Assembly (NCBI RefSeq): GCF_009914755.1
Contig: NC_060933.1
DNA from: the human T2T-CHM13v2.0 reference genome, Homo sapiens
Length of the DNA: 64,000 nucleotides
Strand: one strand, 5' to 3'
The notes beneath the pieces were generated by a model that saw only the letters and a list, made by a program, of their open reading frames with translations, did no database searches and was not told the origin of the DNA. This document shows, one piece after another, positions 50,747 to 63,812 of this stretch (the stretch's first letter is position 1; each line of letters starts with the position of its first letter). A program made the position numbers and the translations under genes.

Positions 50747-51065
50747 GGCCAAACGCAGTGGCTCACACCTGTAATCCCAGCACTTCGGGAAGCCGAGGTG
50801 GGCAGATCACAAGGTCAGGAGATTGAGACTATCCTGGCCAACATGGTGAAACCCCATCTCTACTAAAAATACAAAAATCAGCTGGGTGTGGTGGCACGTG
50901 CCTGTAATCCCAGCTACTCGGGAGGCTGAAGCACAAGAATCGCTTGAACGCAGGAGGTGGGGGGTTGCAGTGAGCCAAGATCGTGCCACTGCACTCCAGC
51001 CTGGCGACAGAGCAAGACTCCGTCTCAAAAAACAAAACAAAACAAAAAAACAAAGAAAAAAAGAA
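50747..51065 (+). mobile_element. AluSc-like
   Basis: GATCACAAGGTCAGGAGATTGAGACTATCCTGGCC; CAGCCTGGCGACAG; TSD AAGAAAGATAATA at 50732-50744 and 51066-51078. Confidence 0.92.
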
Positions 51066-53699
51066 AAGAAAGATAATATGGTGATAAGAGTTCTGCATGT
51101 AGAACTTTATCCATGATATGATAGTTCTAGTTTCAATTTGTAGTAAATTTATATCTTGGAAGATGTTCATTTACAAATTTGAAACTTATTCTATTTTTTT
51201 AACTCAATTTTTATTTTACTTTGAAATGTCACCATCTTAAACTGCATTCTTTGAGCTATGCAATTCCTAATTATCTAAGATTATTTTAGTTTTTTTAAAT
51301 CCTAGCTATAATATACTTCTCTAATTTTAAAATCATGTTTTTTGAAAATTATTTTCATCTTTTACACAATAATATTTGGAGAAAGAGATGACATAAGTGA
51401 TATCCATAAAACCTCATACTGAGTCTTAACAGCATAAGAATACAGATCTTGGTGAAAAAGAAACTATAACTTTTTGCAAGCCAAAGCAAATGTTTGCAAT
51501 GCAAAGATCTTCTGGACTAGACATTCCTTGGTAGATGGTCACAAAAGGGGGAAAATCTTGAGTCCTCCCAGAAAAACATCTGGCTTCTACTTTGCTCTGG
51601 GAGAGTTGAAACACAGAAAGCATTACTGAAATTGAATTATTCCATGTTAGCCATTTTGAAACTTTAAACATACCATATCCAAACTTTAAACTGTACATTG
51701 GATTAGTTAAATCATAATGAAGATTTAAAATTGACAATGAAAAGCTGAAAAACCTAATAAACTCATTAGAAATTGTGTTATTCTGTCTAATACTCAAAGA
51801 AAGAAACATTGTATAATGATGTTTAATTCCGTATTTGGGGCTTTTAGATACATAATCCTTGACCATACTAATATACTACGTATTTGGCAAAATGAGACTA
51901 CACAAATGATAAAAAGGATTTTATAAACTAATTTTGAGATGACATGTGTATTTGTTAACTTAGTGGCTACAGTGAGGCATTCATGAAAACCCTGGACATA
52001 GAGGAAGTAAAGTAGTCTCCTTAAAATTAAGCCTTGAAACCAGTATTTTGGAGCAGAGATGTGCAAAATCATTTTGAAGAGACAGAATGCCTGCAAAGTA
52101 ATTAGTATTGGTTGTAAAATGATTGATTAATATGAATCAATAAGAATGTTTGAAAAGAATAGGGCCAGAAAGAAACACGAGGATGAGGATCAAAAGTGGA
52201 CGTTAGAAAAAAAAAAAAAAAGAGCTTAAGGCCAGGGTCCCACCAGGAGCTTCGCAGGGTAAAGGATACGTTTAAATAGGAAAAAAAAAATCCAGATACT
52301 GGAAGACAAATCTGTTATTAGGGATGTTATTGCTAACAAGACTGATGCCATTAAACATCAGATTCCTATTGTAACTTTTCCTGCTTCATTCTGTAGTCAT
52401 GAAGCAAATTCTACCTATGGTTCTGTTTAGCTTTAGAGTTTTTCTAAAGAGATAAGTCACTGGTTATGTCAAACATTATAGGTTTCATTGAAAATTTAAA
52501 AATTGCTGATACCAGTTCTGAGCAATGATTAGATCAACCTTCTGAACCTATACAAATGTTAAGGCTATGTTCTTGGTGATAGCCAAGGTAATCTCTTGTT
52601 GACCCTGGTGAAGCTGGGCACAGCGGGTTTTAAGTAAATGTTCTTTAAATTCCTGTAATATGCAATAATATTTCCTCATAAAACAAGTATAAATTTTTTA
52701 CCTAAACTCCATTGTAAAATAAATGTTATCTTCCAAAAATCAAACAGCATCCAAGTTTGAGCTTACATCTTACTGAGCTGACCAAGATTTTAATCTCAGC
52801 CTTTATTAGGATTCACTCCCACGCCTGTGGTTGTGCAAAGATCCAAGGGCTTTAAGCAGAGTAGACCATTTGGTGAAGCTCTCAGATCTCTACTATTATG
52901 ACTGTTGTCTAAACCTGAGTGGTCTCTAAAGGTGAATAATTCCATTGCTTCTGTGCCTCACTTAGCCATGAGGTTTTTGTTAAGGCTGAGAGCCCCGAGT
53001 GCCTGGACTCAATCTCCCTAGAAGTGTCATGTACTGATTTCAGGCTCTAAGTTACTGTGGTCTCCCTTTAATTTTGTCAGGGCATAGGAATTTAAAAGGA
53101 TTCATAATTTTTTATGTTTATACTACCCTTTTTCTTGGCACTAGCCACTTTTCCAAGAAAAAAAAATAGTCATAAGTTTCTGAAGTCAATTCCTGGATTT
53201 AGCCATGGAGCTAAAATCAAGCACGTGAAAAAGAATACAAAGCTTGATTACTTCTGGGAAATTAGAAGATAAGTAAAAATCCAATTCAGAGTGAATAAAA
53301 CCAATGTTAATATAACAAAGCATAACCCTATATCATCAACAGTTATTAAAATGACCTAACAGGCATTATTTTCAACAACCGTTACAAGTACTTTATATTC
53401 TTCTTTTTTAATAATTAAAAAAATGACTACGGACATTAATTGACCTGTGAGGGTCAATATGAGTATGAGGTGCACATGACATTTGAAATTAGTTATTTTT
53501 GCTTCAAATTCAATGTTACTTTCAACTAGCTTTCATATAGAAATATTAACTTTTATTTTTTTCTAAAATTAATTTAAAAATTCAAAAAAAACATATGATC
53601 TTCTTTCCTAGTTCAAAATTAATCTATGACTCTTCTTAATTCCAGCAGTTGTGACCATAGATGTGGAGGCTTAAATACTTGTTCTCAGTTTTCAAGTCT

Positions 53700-54890
53700 T
53701 CCTTCTTCCAGCTGAAATTCTCATCAAAATAATGTTTATGCCACACACTTTCTCCCAAATATTACTTCATTAATTTAGCCATGTGATCAGGGTATCCTTA
53801 AATTAATGAAGAATAACTATAAAAAAACTTTGTTGAAAAGCTTGCTAACAGGAATGAACAGAGATGTGGGTGTGGAAAGTTTTCAAAAGTACTTTAGCAT
53901 GAAGGATGCTGTATGTATGCTGTTGTCAACACTTGGAACACAGTGACTAAAGTTGCCCATGCCTGGCACAACCTATGGCCCGCGAGCATGTTCCATAGTG
54001 ATGATGCACAGAGTGGTGACTTTGAAAGATTGGGTATGTCACGTGAGAAAAAATATATATGTACCGTCAGAGTCCATCTGTAAGCTGAAAGAAGTGGATA
54101 TGGAAGACATTTTTAACATCGATAATGATGCTCCAGTTGTTCTTTCATTGGCCAATGGTAAAATAGTTAAAATGGTTCTGAATCAAGGTGATGTTGAAAA
54201 TAATGATGATGAAGATGACATTGTTAACACTGCAGAAAAAGTGCCTATAGATGACATGGTGAAAATGTGATGCACATATTGAAGGACTAGAACAGCATGT
54301 ATTCATAACAGAAAAAGAAATCATTATAGTTTTTAAAATCAAACTGAGAGTTCTAAGACAAAAGCTATTGTTAATGAGGCAGATGAATCTGGAAGAAACA
54401 TTTAAAAATAACAATTGATACAGGTATTCTGATAATGCTACTCTGCTGCTTAGTTACTCTGAACACATTAATTTTTCACTGTATCAATGGAATTTCATAT
54501 TTTGTAATGTTAAGTACTTATATGTAACTAAGTATAAGAAAATGATTGCTTATTGGTAGGATATAAATTCAGAGTCAGGAATGACGTTGATGTCAAGCAA
54601 CCAGATTGTCCACAGGGGTGTCTAAAATAGTGACACCTTTGCTTCCTGATGGTTCAATGCACACAAACTTTTTTCCTGCACAAAATTATTTGAAACATTG
54701 TATAAAATAATCTTTAGTCTATGTATATAAGGTGTATGTGAAACATAAATATATGTTTTTATTTAGACTTGGGTCCCATTTCCAAGATATTTCACTATGT
54801 ATATACAAAGATTTCAAAATCTGAGGAAAAAAAAGCTGAAATCTGAAACACTTTTGGTTCCAAGCTTTCAGATAAGGGACACTCGACGTG
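53700..54890 (+). mobile_element. Tigger4 (Zombi) 3' half with decayed DDE transposase C-terminus
   Basis: Degenerate pogo-like PNxTSLIxPCDQG and AWHNLWP coding; ORF 53953-54270 DIFNIDNDAPVV...TAEKVPIDDMVK; right TIR GATAAGGGACACTCGACGTG|TA; left end missing. Confidence 0.88.
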
Positions 54891-54899
54891 TATACTATT

Positions 54900-55265
54900 A
54901 TGGGAAGAGCGTATATGTTTGTTCTCTTGATGTTGCCCTTAGACATCTGATTTGTATTGATCAGTAGATTAGATGTGAAGAACAGAGGTCTTAAATGTGC
55001 TTAAACATTGTGTCCTTCAAGCTTGTGATCCTCTAGGAGAAGAGCATGCTCAAACATAACTTTGGCCTTTTCAGCCAGTGTTCCGAAACAGACATAAATG
55101 GAGAGAGACCTGAACCATTCCTACAATCTGGATTTAAGTCTAGACAACATAAAGCCTGAGGCACAGCCACCAGTTTCCATGAACATGGGAATAATGCTGA
55201 TGTAACCCACTGAATTATGAGATATTTTGTCAACAGCAGTGTGGTGGAAATAGCTGATGAATAGA
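54900..55265 (+). mobile_element. Old MLT1 (H/J-type) LTR fragment
   Basis: GAAGAGCATGC..., TAACCCACTGAATTATGAG...AATAGCTGATGAATAGA end; left edge uncertain. Confidence 0.6.
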
Positions 55266-55495
55266 GTCTGCATATACTTCAGAAGCAAACAAATAATTTT
55301 AATTCATGCACCTGGATAGTCATGGTTTGTATACATGACAGTCATTGAATGTCTGTCAAGAGAATAAGGGGTATTTGTACATTATGAACATAAAAATGTT
55401 GACACTATCATTAGTAAATAAGAAGACATGCAATACTGTTAATGTGTTATATATTACAATGTCATTTATGTAAATAGATGTAATTTTATACACAT

Positions 55496-55690
55496 TGTAT
55501 TAGTCAACACTATCCAAAGGAACAGAGCCAATATTGTTTGTGTTTGTGTGTGTGTGTGTGTGTGAGAGAGATGTATACACAAAATCTCTCTCTCCCACTC
55601 TCTCTCTACAGAAAGAAGGTGAGATAAAGAGATTTTAAGAAGTTGAGTCACAATTATGGGGTCTGTCACATCAAAAATCCACAGAGCCGA
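55496..55690 (-). mobile_element. MLT2 (ERVL) LTR fragment with (TG)n
   Basis: TGTATTAGTC..TCCAAAGGAACAGAGCCAATA..(TG)n..GAGATTTTAAGAAGTTG..TCACAATTATGG. Confidence 0.7.
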
Positions 55691-55991
55691 AAATCCATAT
55701 AATTAATCATCACAATATATATACATAAGCATATATTTGCTCTATGCTATACTCTGGAATACATTTTCTTTCTCCTGTGGTGTTATTCCCTATGGCCCTG
55801 GATCACTATTTAGATGTTTAAAAAAGATTGTTTATTGCCCTGGCCTGAACTTTGGGGAAAGATTTTGGGAGAAGGAGGTCTTTTCTTTCAATTCTGTCAC
55901 TTTCTATATATTTTTTAATTTCCTATCCAAGTGCATGTCAGAAATTACCAAGGGCATTTACTGTTTTATGATGATTCAAAATAGAATTCTT

Positions 55992-56106
55992 GACCAGGAG
56001 TAGTGGCTTGTACCTGTAATCCTAGCATTTTGGGAGGCCACTGCAGGAGGAGATTGCTTAAGACCAGGAGTTCAAGACCAGCCTGGGCAATATAGTGAGA
56101 CCTCCT
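55992..56106 (+). mobile_element. FLAM, 5' part (3' part at 63465-63503)
   Basis: GACCAGGAGTAGTGGCTTGTACCTGTAATCC...GGGCAATATAGTGAGACC; flanks AAAATAGAATTCTT / AAAATAAGATTCTT bracket the whole nest. Confidence 0.88.
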
Positions 56107-56123
56107 TGTATTAGACCATTCTT
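56107..56123 (-). mobile_element. MST LTR terminal stub (rest at 63075-63464)
   Basis: TGTATTAGACCATTCTT is the MST terminus in antisense. Confidence 0.75.
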
Positions 56124-56185
56124 TTTTTATATTTTAAGTTTCACACTCTCTATTTTTGTTTTGTTGGCTCGATTTCTCATTCCTC

Positions 56186-59100
56186 TTTTTATTTTCATTT
56201 TTTACTTCAATAGGTTTTTGGGAAACAGGTGGTGTTTGGTTTCCTGGATAGGTTCTTTAGTGGTAATTTCTGAAAATTTGGTGCACCCTTCACCCACGCA
56301 GTGTACTGTACCCAATGTGTAGTCTTTTATCCCTGAACCCCCTTCTACCTTTTCCCACAAGTCCCCAAAGTCCAAATTATCATACTAATGCCTTTGCATC
56401 CACATAGCTTAGCTCCTACTTATGAGTGAGAACATACAATGTTTGGTTTTCCATTCCTGAGTTATTTCACTTAGAATAATGGTCTCCAATTCCATGCAGG
56501 TTGCATTATTTCATTTTTTTAATGTCTGTGTAGTATTCCATGGTGTGTGTGTGTATATATATACGTATGTATATACATATATGTATATACATACATACAT
56601 ATATGTATATACATATATATATACATACATACATATATATATCACATTTTTTTCTCTATCCACACATTGATTGATGGGCATTTGGGTTGATTTCATATTT
56701 TCATAATTGTGAATTGTGCTGCTATAAACATGCATATACAAGTGTCTTTTTTGTATGACTTCTTTTCCTCTGGGTAGATACTCAAGAGAGGGACTGCTGT
56801 ATCAAAAGGTATATCTACTTTTATTTAATAATTCTTTAAGGAATTTCCACACTGTTTTCCATAGTGTTTGTACTAGTTTACATTCCCACCAGCAATGTAA
56901 AAGTATTCCATTTCACCACATCCACGCTAACATCTATTATTTTTTTATTGTGGCCATTCTTGCGGGAGTAGGGTGGTATCACATTGTGGTTTTGATTTGC
57001 ATTTCCCTGATAATTAGTGATGTTGAGCATTTTTTCATATGTTTGTTGGCAATTTGTACATCTTCTTTTGAGAATTGTCTATTCATGTCCTTAGTCCAAT
57101 TTGTTATGGAATTGTTTTTTTTTTCTTGCTGATTTGTTTGAGTTCCCTGTAGATTCTGGATATTAGACCTTTGTCAGATGTGTAGTTCATAAAGATTTTC
57201 TTCTACTTTGTGGGTTGTCTGTTTGCTAATTATTTCTTTAGTTGTACAGAAGCTTTTTAATTTAATTAAGTCCTATCTATTTATCTTTGTTTTGTTGAAT
57301 TTGCTTTTAGGTTCTTGGGCATGAAGACTTTGCCTCAGCCTAAGTTTGTTGTAGATTCTGGATATTAGTCTTTGTCAGATGTATAGATTGTGAAGATTAT
57401 CTCCCACTCTGTGGGATGTCTGTTTACTCTGCTGACTGTTCCTTTTGCCCTGCGAAAACTCTTTGGTGTAATTAAGTCCCACCTATTTATCTTTGTTTTC
57501 ACTGCATTTGCTTTAGGGTTCTTTGTCATAAAATCCTTGCCTAAGACAATGTCTAGAAGGGTTTTTCCAATGTTATCTTCTAGAATTTTTATAGTTTCAT
57601 TTCTTAAATTTAAGTCCCTGATTCATCTTGAGTTGATTTTTGTATAAGGTGAGAGATGAGGATCTAGTTTCATTCTCCTACACGTGGCTTGCCAATTATT
57701 CCATCACCATTTGTTGAAGAAGGTGTCTTTTCCCCACTTTATGTTTTTGTTTGCTTTGTCAAAGATCAGTTGGCTGTAAGCATTTGGGTTTATTTCTGGG
57801 TTCTTTATTCTGTTCCATTGGTCTATGTGCCCATTTTTATACCAGTATCATGCTGTTCTGGTGACTGTGACCTTATAGAATACTTTGAAATCAGGTAATG
57901 AGATGCCTCCAGATTTGTTATTTTTGTTTAGTCTTGCTTTGGCTATGCAGGCTATATGTTTGGTTCCATACGAATTTTAGGATTGTTTTTTCTAGTTCTG
58001 TGAAGAATGATGATGGTATTTTGATGGGAATTGCATTGAATTTGTAGATCACTTTTGGCAGTATGGTCATTTTCACAATATTGATCCTATGCATCCATGA
58101 GCATGAGATGTGTTTCCATTTTTTTGTGTCGTCTATGATTTCTTTCAGCAGTGTTTTGTAGTTTTACTTGTAGAGGTCTTTCAGCTCATTGGTTAGGTAT
58201 ATTCCTAAGTATTTTATTTTTTTGCAACTATTATAAAGTGGGGTTGAGTTCGACTTTCAGCTTTGTCACTGTTGGTTTACAGGAAAGCTACTGATTTGTG
58301 TACATTAATTTTTTATCTGAAACTTTGCTTAATTCATTTATCAGTTCTAGGAGCTTTTTGGAGTAGTCTTTAGTGTTTTCTAGGTATATAATCATATCAT
58401 CAGCAAACAGCAACAGTTTGATTTCCTCTTTACTGATTTAGATGCCTTAATTTCTTTCCCTTGTCAGATAGTACTAGCTAGGACTTCCAGTACTATGTTG
58501 AGTAGAAGTGGGCATCCTTTTCTCTTTCCACTTTTCAGGGGGAACACTTTGAACTTTTCCCTGTTCAGTATAATGTTAGCTATGGGTTTGTCATAGATGG
58601 CTTTTATTACCTTAAGGAATGTTTCTTTTGTGCCAATTTTTCTGTGGGTTTTAATCATCAAAGGTTCCTGGAGTTTGTGAAATGCTTTTTCTGCATCTAT
58701 TGAGATGATCATGTGATTTTTGTTTTTAATTCTGTTTATGAGCTGTATCACATTTATTGACTTGCATATGTTAAACCCTCCCTGCATTCCTGGTATGAAA
58801 CTCACTTGATCATGGTGGATTTTTTTTTATATGTTGTTGAATTTGGTTCACTAGTATTTTGTTGAGGATTTTTGCACCTGTGTTCATCAGAGATACTGGT
58901 CTGTAGTTTTCTTCTCTTTTCTTTTTTGTTTTGTCCTTTCCTGGTTGTGGTATTACGGTGATACTAGCTTCATAGAATGGTTTAGGGAGGATTTCCTCTT
59001 TCTCTATCTTTTGAATAGTGTCAGTAGGATTGGTACCAATTCTTCTTTGAATGTCTGATGGAATTCAGCTGTGAATCTGTCCGGTGCTGACTTTTTTTAT

Positions 59101-62100
59101 TGGCAATTTTTAAATTACCATTTTAATTTTGCTGCTTGTTATTAATCTGTTCAGTTTCTATTTCTTCCTGGTTTAATCCAGGAGGGTTGTATAGTTCCAG
59201 GAATTTAGCCGTCTCCTCTAGGTTTTCTAGCTTGGGCGTGTAAAGATGTTCATAGTAGCCTTGAATGGTCCTCTGTATTTCTGTGGTATCAGTTGTGATA
59301 ACTCCCATTTTATTTCTGATTGAGGTTGCTTGGATCTTTTTTCCTTGGTTAATCTTGCTAATGATCTATCAATTTTGTTTATCTTTTCAAAGAACCAGCT
59401 TTTTGTTTCATTTATCTTCTGTATTTTTTTGTTTGCTTCAATTCCATTTAGTTCTTCTCTGATCTTTGTTACTCATTTTCTTCTGTTGGGTTTAGGTTTG
59501 ATTTTTTCTTGTTTCTCTGGTTTCTTGAGGTGTGACCTTCATTGTCTATTTGCACTTTTTCCGACTTTTTGATGTAGGCAGTCAATGCTATAAACTTTTC
59601 TCTTAGCACTGCTTTTGCTGTATCGCAGAGGATTTGATAGGTTGTGTCACTATTATCATCCAGTTCAAAGAATTTTTAAATTTCCACCTTGATTTCATTG
59701 TTGACCCAACAATCATTTAAGAGCAGGTTATTTAATTTCCATGTATGTGCCTGGGTTTGATGGTTCCTTTTGGAGTTGATTTACAATTTTATTCCACTGT
59801 GGTCTGAGAGAGTACTTGATATAATTTTGATTTTCTTAAATTTCTTGAGACTTGTTCTGTGGCCTACCGTATGGTCTATCTTGGATGATGTTTCATGTGC
59901 TGATAAATAAAATGTATATTCTGCAGTTGTTGGGTAGAATGTTCTGTAAATAGTTGTTAAGTCCATTTGTTCTAGTATATACTTTAAAACTATTGTTTCT
60001 TTGTTGACTTTCTGTCTTGATAACCTGTCTAGTGCTGTCAATGGAGTATTCAAATTCCCTGCTATTACTTTGTTGCTGGCTATCTTATTTCTTAGATCTA
60101 GTAGTAACTGTTTTATAAATTTGGGGGCTCCAGTGTTAGGTGCATGTATGTGTAGGATTAGATGTTTTGCTGTTGGACTAGTTCTTTATTCATTATATAA
60201 TGTCTTTGTCTTTTTTTTAACTGTTGTTGCCTTAAAGTCTCTTTTGTTTGATGTAAGAGTGGCTACTCCTGCTCTCTTTTGGTGTCCATTTGCATGGAAT
60301 ACCTTTTTCCACCCCTTTACTCTAAGTTTATGTGAATACTTATGTGTTAGATGAGTCTCATAAATGCAGCAGATATTTGGCTAGTGAATCACTATTCATT
60401 CTGCCATTCTGTATTTTTTAGGTGGAGCATTTAGGTCATTTACATTCAGCATTAGTATTGAGAATTGAAGTACTATTCTATTCATTGTGCTAGTTGTTGC
60501 CGGAATACCTTGTGTTTTTTTCATTGTGTTATTGTTTTATAAGTTCTGTGAAATTTATGCCTTAAGGAGGTTGTATTTTGATGTATTTTTAGGATCTGTT
60601 TCAATATTTAGAGCTTCTTTTAGCAGTTTTGGTAGTGCTGTGTTGCTAGTAGCAAATTTTCTCAGCATTTGTTTATTTGAAAAAGACTATTTTTCTTTCA
60701 TTATGAAGCTTAGTTTGATTGGATACAAAACTCTTGACTGATAATTCTTTTTTTAAGGAGGCTAAAGATAGGACCCCAATCCCTTCTAGCTTGCAGAGTT
60801 TCTTCTGAGAAATCTACTGTTAATATGATAGGTTTTCTTTTAAAGGTTACTTGATGCTTTTGCCTCACAGCTCTTACGATTTTTTTCCTTCATCTTGCCT
60901 TTAGATAACCTGATGATTATGTGCCTAGGTGATAATCATTTTGCAATGAATTTCCTGGGTGTTCTTTGAGCTTTTTGTATTTGGATGTCTACATCTCTAG
61001 CAAAGCCAAGGAAGTTTTCCTCAATTATTCCCTCAAGGATGTTTTCCAAACTTTCAGATTTCTCTTTTTCCTCAGGATCACCAATATTCTTAGGTTTGGT
61101 CATTTAACATAATCCCAAACTTGTTGGAGATTTTGTTCATTTTTTCTTTGTCTTTGTCTTTTTCAGATCGGGTTCTTTTTATTTTGTCTCTGTTGGATTC
61201 AGTTAATCCAAAAGCTTTGTCTTCAAGCTCTGAAGTTCTTTCTCCTACTTATTCGTTTCTATTGCTGAGACATTCCAGTGTATTTTGCAATTCTCCAATG
61301 TGTGTCCTTCATTTCCAGAAGTTGTGATTGTTTTATATTCATGCTATTTGTCTGGAGTGTTTTTTTGTCCATATCTTGTATTTTTTTATTTCTTTAAGTT
61401 GGTATTCACCTTTCTCTGGTGCTTTTTGAGTAGTTTAATAGATTTTCTGAATTCTTTTTCTGAAAATTCAGGGAGTTCTTCTTGGTTTGAATCCATTGCT
61501 GGTGAGCTAGTGTAATATTTTCTATGTGTTACAGAACCTTGCTTTGTCATATTACCATAATTGCTTTTCTGGTTCCTTCTCATTTGGATAGAGTATGTCA
61601 GAGGGAAGATCTGGGGCTCAAGGGCTATTGTTCAGATTCCTTTGTCACATGGGGTGCTCCCTTGATGTAATGCTCTCCCCCTTCCCCTAAGGATGGGGTT
61701 TCCTAAAATCTGAACTGCAGTGATCGTTATTTCTCTTCTGGGTCTAGCCACTCAGGCAGGCTAAAGGACTTCTTGTTGGTACTGGGGAGTGCCTGCAGAG
61801 TCCTGTGATGTGATGTTTCTTCAGGTCTCTCAGCCATGGATACCAGTACCTGCTGCAGTTGAGGTAGCAGGGGAGTGAAGTGGACTCTGTGGAGGTCCTT
61901 GGTTTTATGTTTACTTAGTGAGCTAGTTTTGTGTTGGTTGGCCTCCAGCCAGGAGGTGGTGCTTTCAAGAGAGCATCAGCTATGGTAATGTAGAGAGGAC
62001 ACAAGCTTGCCCTAAGATCACCTGGATAAGTATTCTGGTTTCTCAGGCAGTGGACAGTGCCATAGAGCTCCCAAGAGATTATGTCCTTTATTTCCAGCTA

Positions 62101-63060
62101 CCAGGATGAGTAGAGAAAGACCATCAGATGGGGGCAGAGTTAGGCATGTTTGAGCTCAGACTCTCCTTTGGTGGGGCTTGCTGTGGATGCTGTGAGGGAT
62201 GGGGGTGTGGTTCTGAGGCCAAGGGAGTTATGTTCCCAGGGACCCATGGCTGCTTCTGCTGCTTCATGCAGGTCACCAGGGAAATGGGGGAAAGCCACCA
62301 ATTATAGGCCTCACCCGTCTACCATGCAGCCCAAAAGGCTAGTTTCACTGCCATCGTGTCCCCACAGCAGCACCTAGTTTATTTCCAGGCAGCCAGTGAG
62401 CAGGACTGAAAACTTGCCCCAGGATACAAGCCTCCCCTCTGAGAAAGCAAGCAGGGCTTTCAGGTTTCATGCCTCCCTGCCTGCTGCAGTTTCTGTGCTT
62501 GTGTCTGCACTCCCTGTTTACTTCCTCCCCTGGATTCTGTCTAGAAAACTTTATGTTTGGTCGAAGTTGTTACAAACTTTAGCTGGAAGTTTTCTTCTCC
62601 CTGTGGTCTTTCCTCAATTTCACTGGCTGGAAGCCCTCTCTAAGGAACCCTGTGAGACAAAGTCAGGAATGGCTTCCCTTGGGATTGAAAGTGCCCACAG
62701 GGCTCTTCCTGTGCTTCCTCTACCCCCATATTTCACTTGGCTCTCTAAATTTATCTCAGCTTCAGGCAAGGCCAAATACTTCTCCTGTGATCTGGATATT
62801 CAGGTTCCCCAGTGAGGATGTGTGCTGGGGGGTGGACATTCCCCCTCACACTTTGCACACTCACAGTTTTTCAGAGGTCTCACAGAGCCTGCAGTGGCAA
62901 GCTGCTTCCTTTGAAAGGTCTGTGATTCTCTTGGCTTTTCTGGCATGATCCTGTGGTAGTTCTTGGAGCAAAAGTTCATGATGTGAATCCCCATATGCTG
63001 CTCTGTCCATCCCAGTGGGAGAGCAAGTTAGTCCTATTTCCTATCCACCATTTTTCCAGA
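56186..63060 (-). mobile_element. Near full-length L1PB1-type LINE-1 (inactive, many stops and frameshifts)
   Basis: 3' end CAATAGGTTTTTGGGAAACAGGTGG; RT ORF 58464-58805 [27 protein letters not shown]; EN ORF 59781-60053; ORF1 start MRRNQKSNYGNMTKQGS (61386-61583); 5' end CCTATCCACCAT. Confidence 0.93.
56543..56642. repeat. (TG)/(TA)/(TACA) mixed microsatellite inside L1 3' UTR
   Basis: Directly visible. Confidence 0.95.
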
Positions 63061-63074
63061 GAAGGTTCTAGTGG

Positions 63075-63464
63075 CCATTCTTGCACTCCTAGAAAGAAAT
63101 ACCTGGTATCAGATAATTTATAAAGAAAAGAGGTTTAGTTGGCTCACAGTTCTGCATGCTGTACAGGAAGCGTAGCGGCATCTGCTTCTGGGGAAGTTTC
63201 AGGAAGCTTCCAATCATGGTGGAAGGCAGAGTGGGAGCAGGCATGTCACATGGGGAGAAAGAGAGATAGCAAGATGCCATAGACTTTAAAACAGTCAGAC
63301 CTCATGATAAGTTAACACTATCGCAAGAACAGCACCAAAAGGATGGTGGTAAACTATTCATGAGAAATCCACACCCATGATTTGATCATTTCCCACCAGG
63401 CCCAACCTCCAATACTGGAGATTACAATGAGATTTGAGTGAGAACACATATCCAAACTATATCA
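63075..63464 (-). mobile_element. MSTA/B MaLR LTR, main body
   Basis: TAATTTATAAAGAAAAGAGGTTTA..GGCTCACAGTTCTGCA..CAATCATGGTGGAAGGC...ATCCAAACTATATCA. Confidence 0.92.
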
Positions 63465-63503
63465 CCCTATCTCTACGAAAAATGTCTTAAATAAAAATAA
63501 AAT
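63465..63503 (+). mobile_element. FLAM, 3' part and A-rich tail
   Basis: CCCTATCTCTACGAAAAA...(TAAAA)n continues the monomer broken at 56106. Confidence 0.75.
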
Positions 63504-63655
63504 AAAATAAGATTCTTTAAAAAGGCTATTTGACACTGGATTGTTTTGCTTACTTATACGTATATATAGTTCTAAATAAAAAACAAAATTCGATGTATAT
63601 TTTTTAAAGTACACATAAGTCTTTTCCAAAAAGCTAAGGTGTATACTTTCCTTCC

Positions 63656-63812
63656 TTTTTTTTTTTTTTTTTTTTTGAGGCAGAGTTTTACTCCATCACC
63701 CAGGCTAGATAACAGTGGCAAGATCACAGCTCACTGCAGCCTTGATGTCCCAAGCTCAGGTGATCCTCAACCTTCCTGGTATCTGGGGTTACAAAAGTGT
63801 AATAATTTTTGG

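Noticed and set aside
51426-52096. 146-aa and 100-aa minus-strand ORFs in unique DNA
   Set aside because: Non-ATG starts, composition typical of AT-rich chance ORFs, no recognisable family
58464-61583. L1 ORF1/ORF2 fragments as active coding sequence
   Set aside because: Broken into short pieces by stops and frameshifts; element cannot be autonomous
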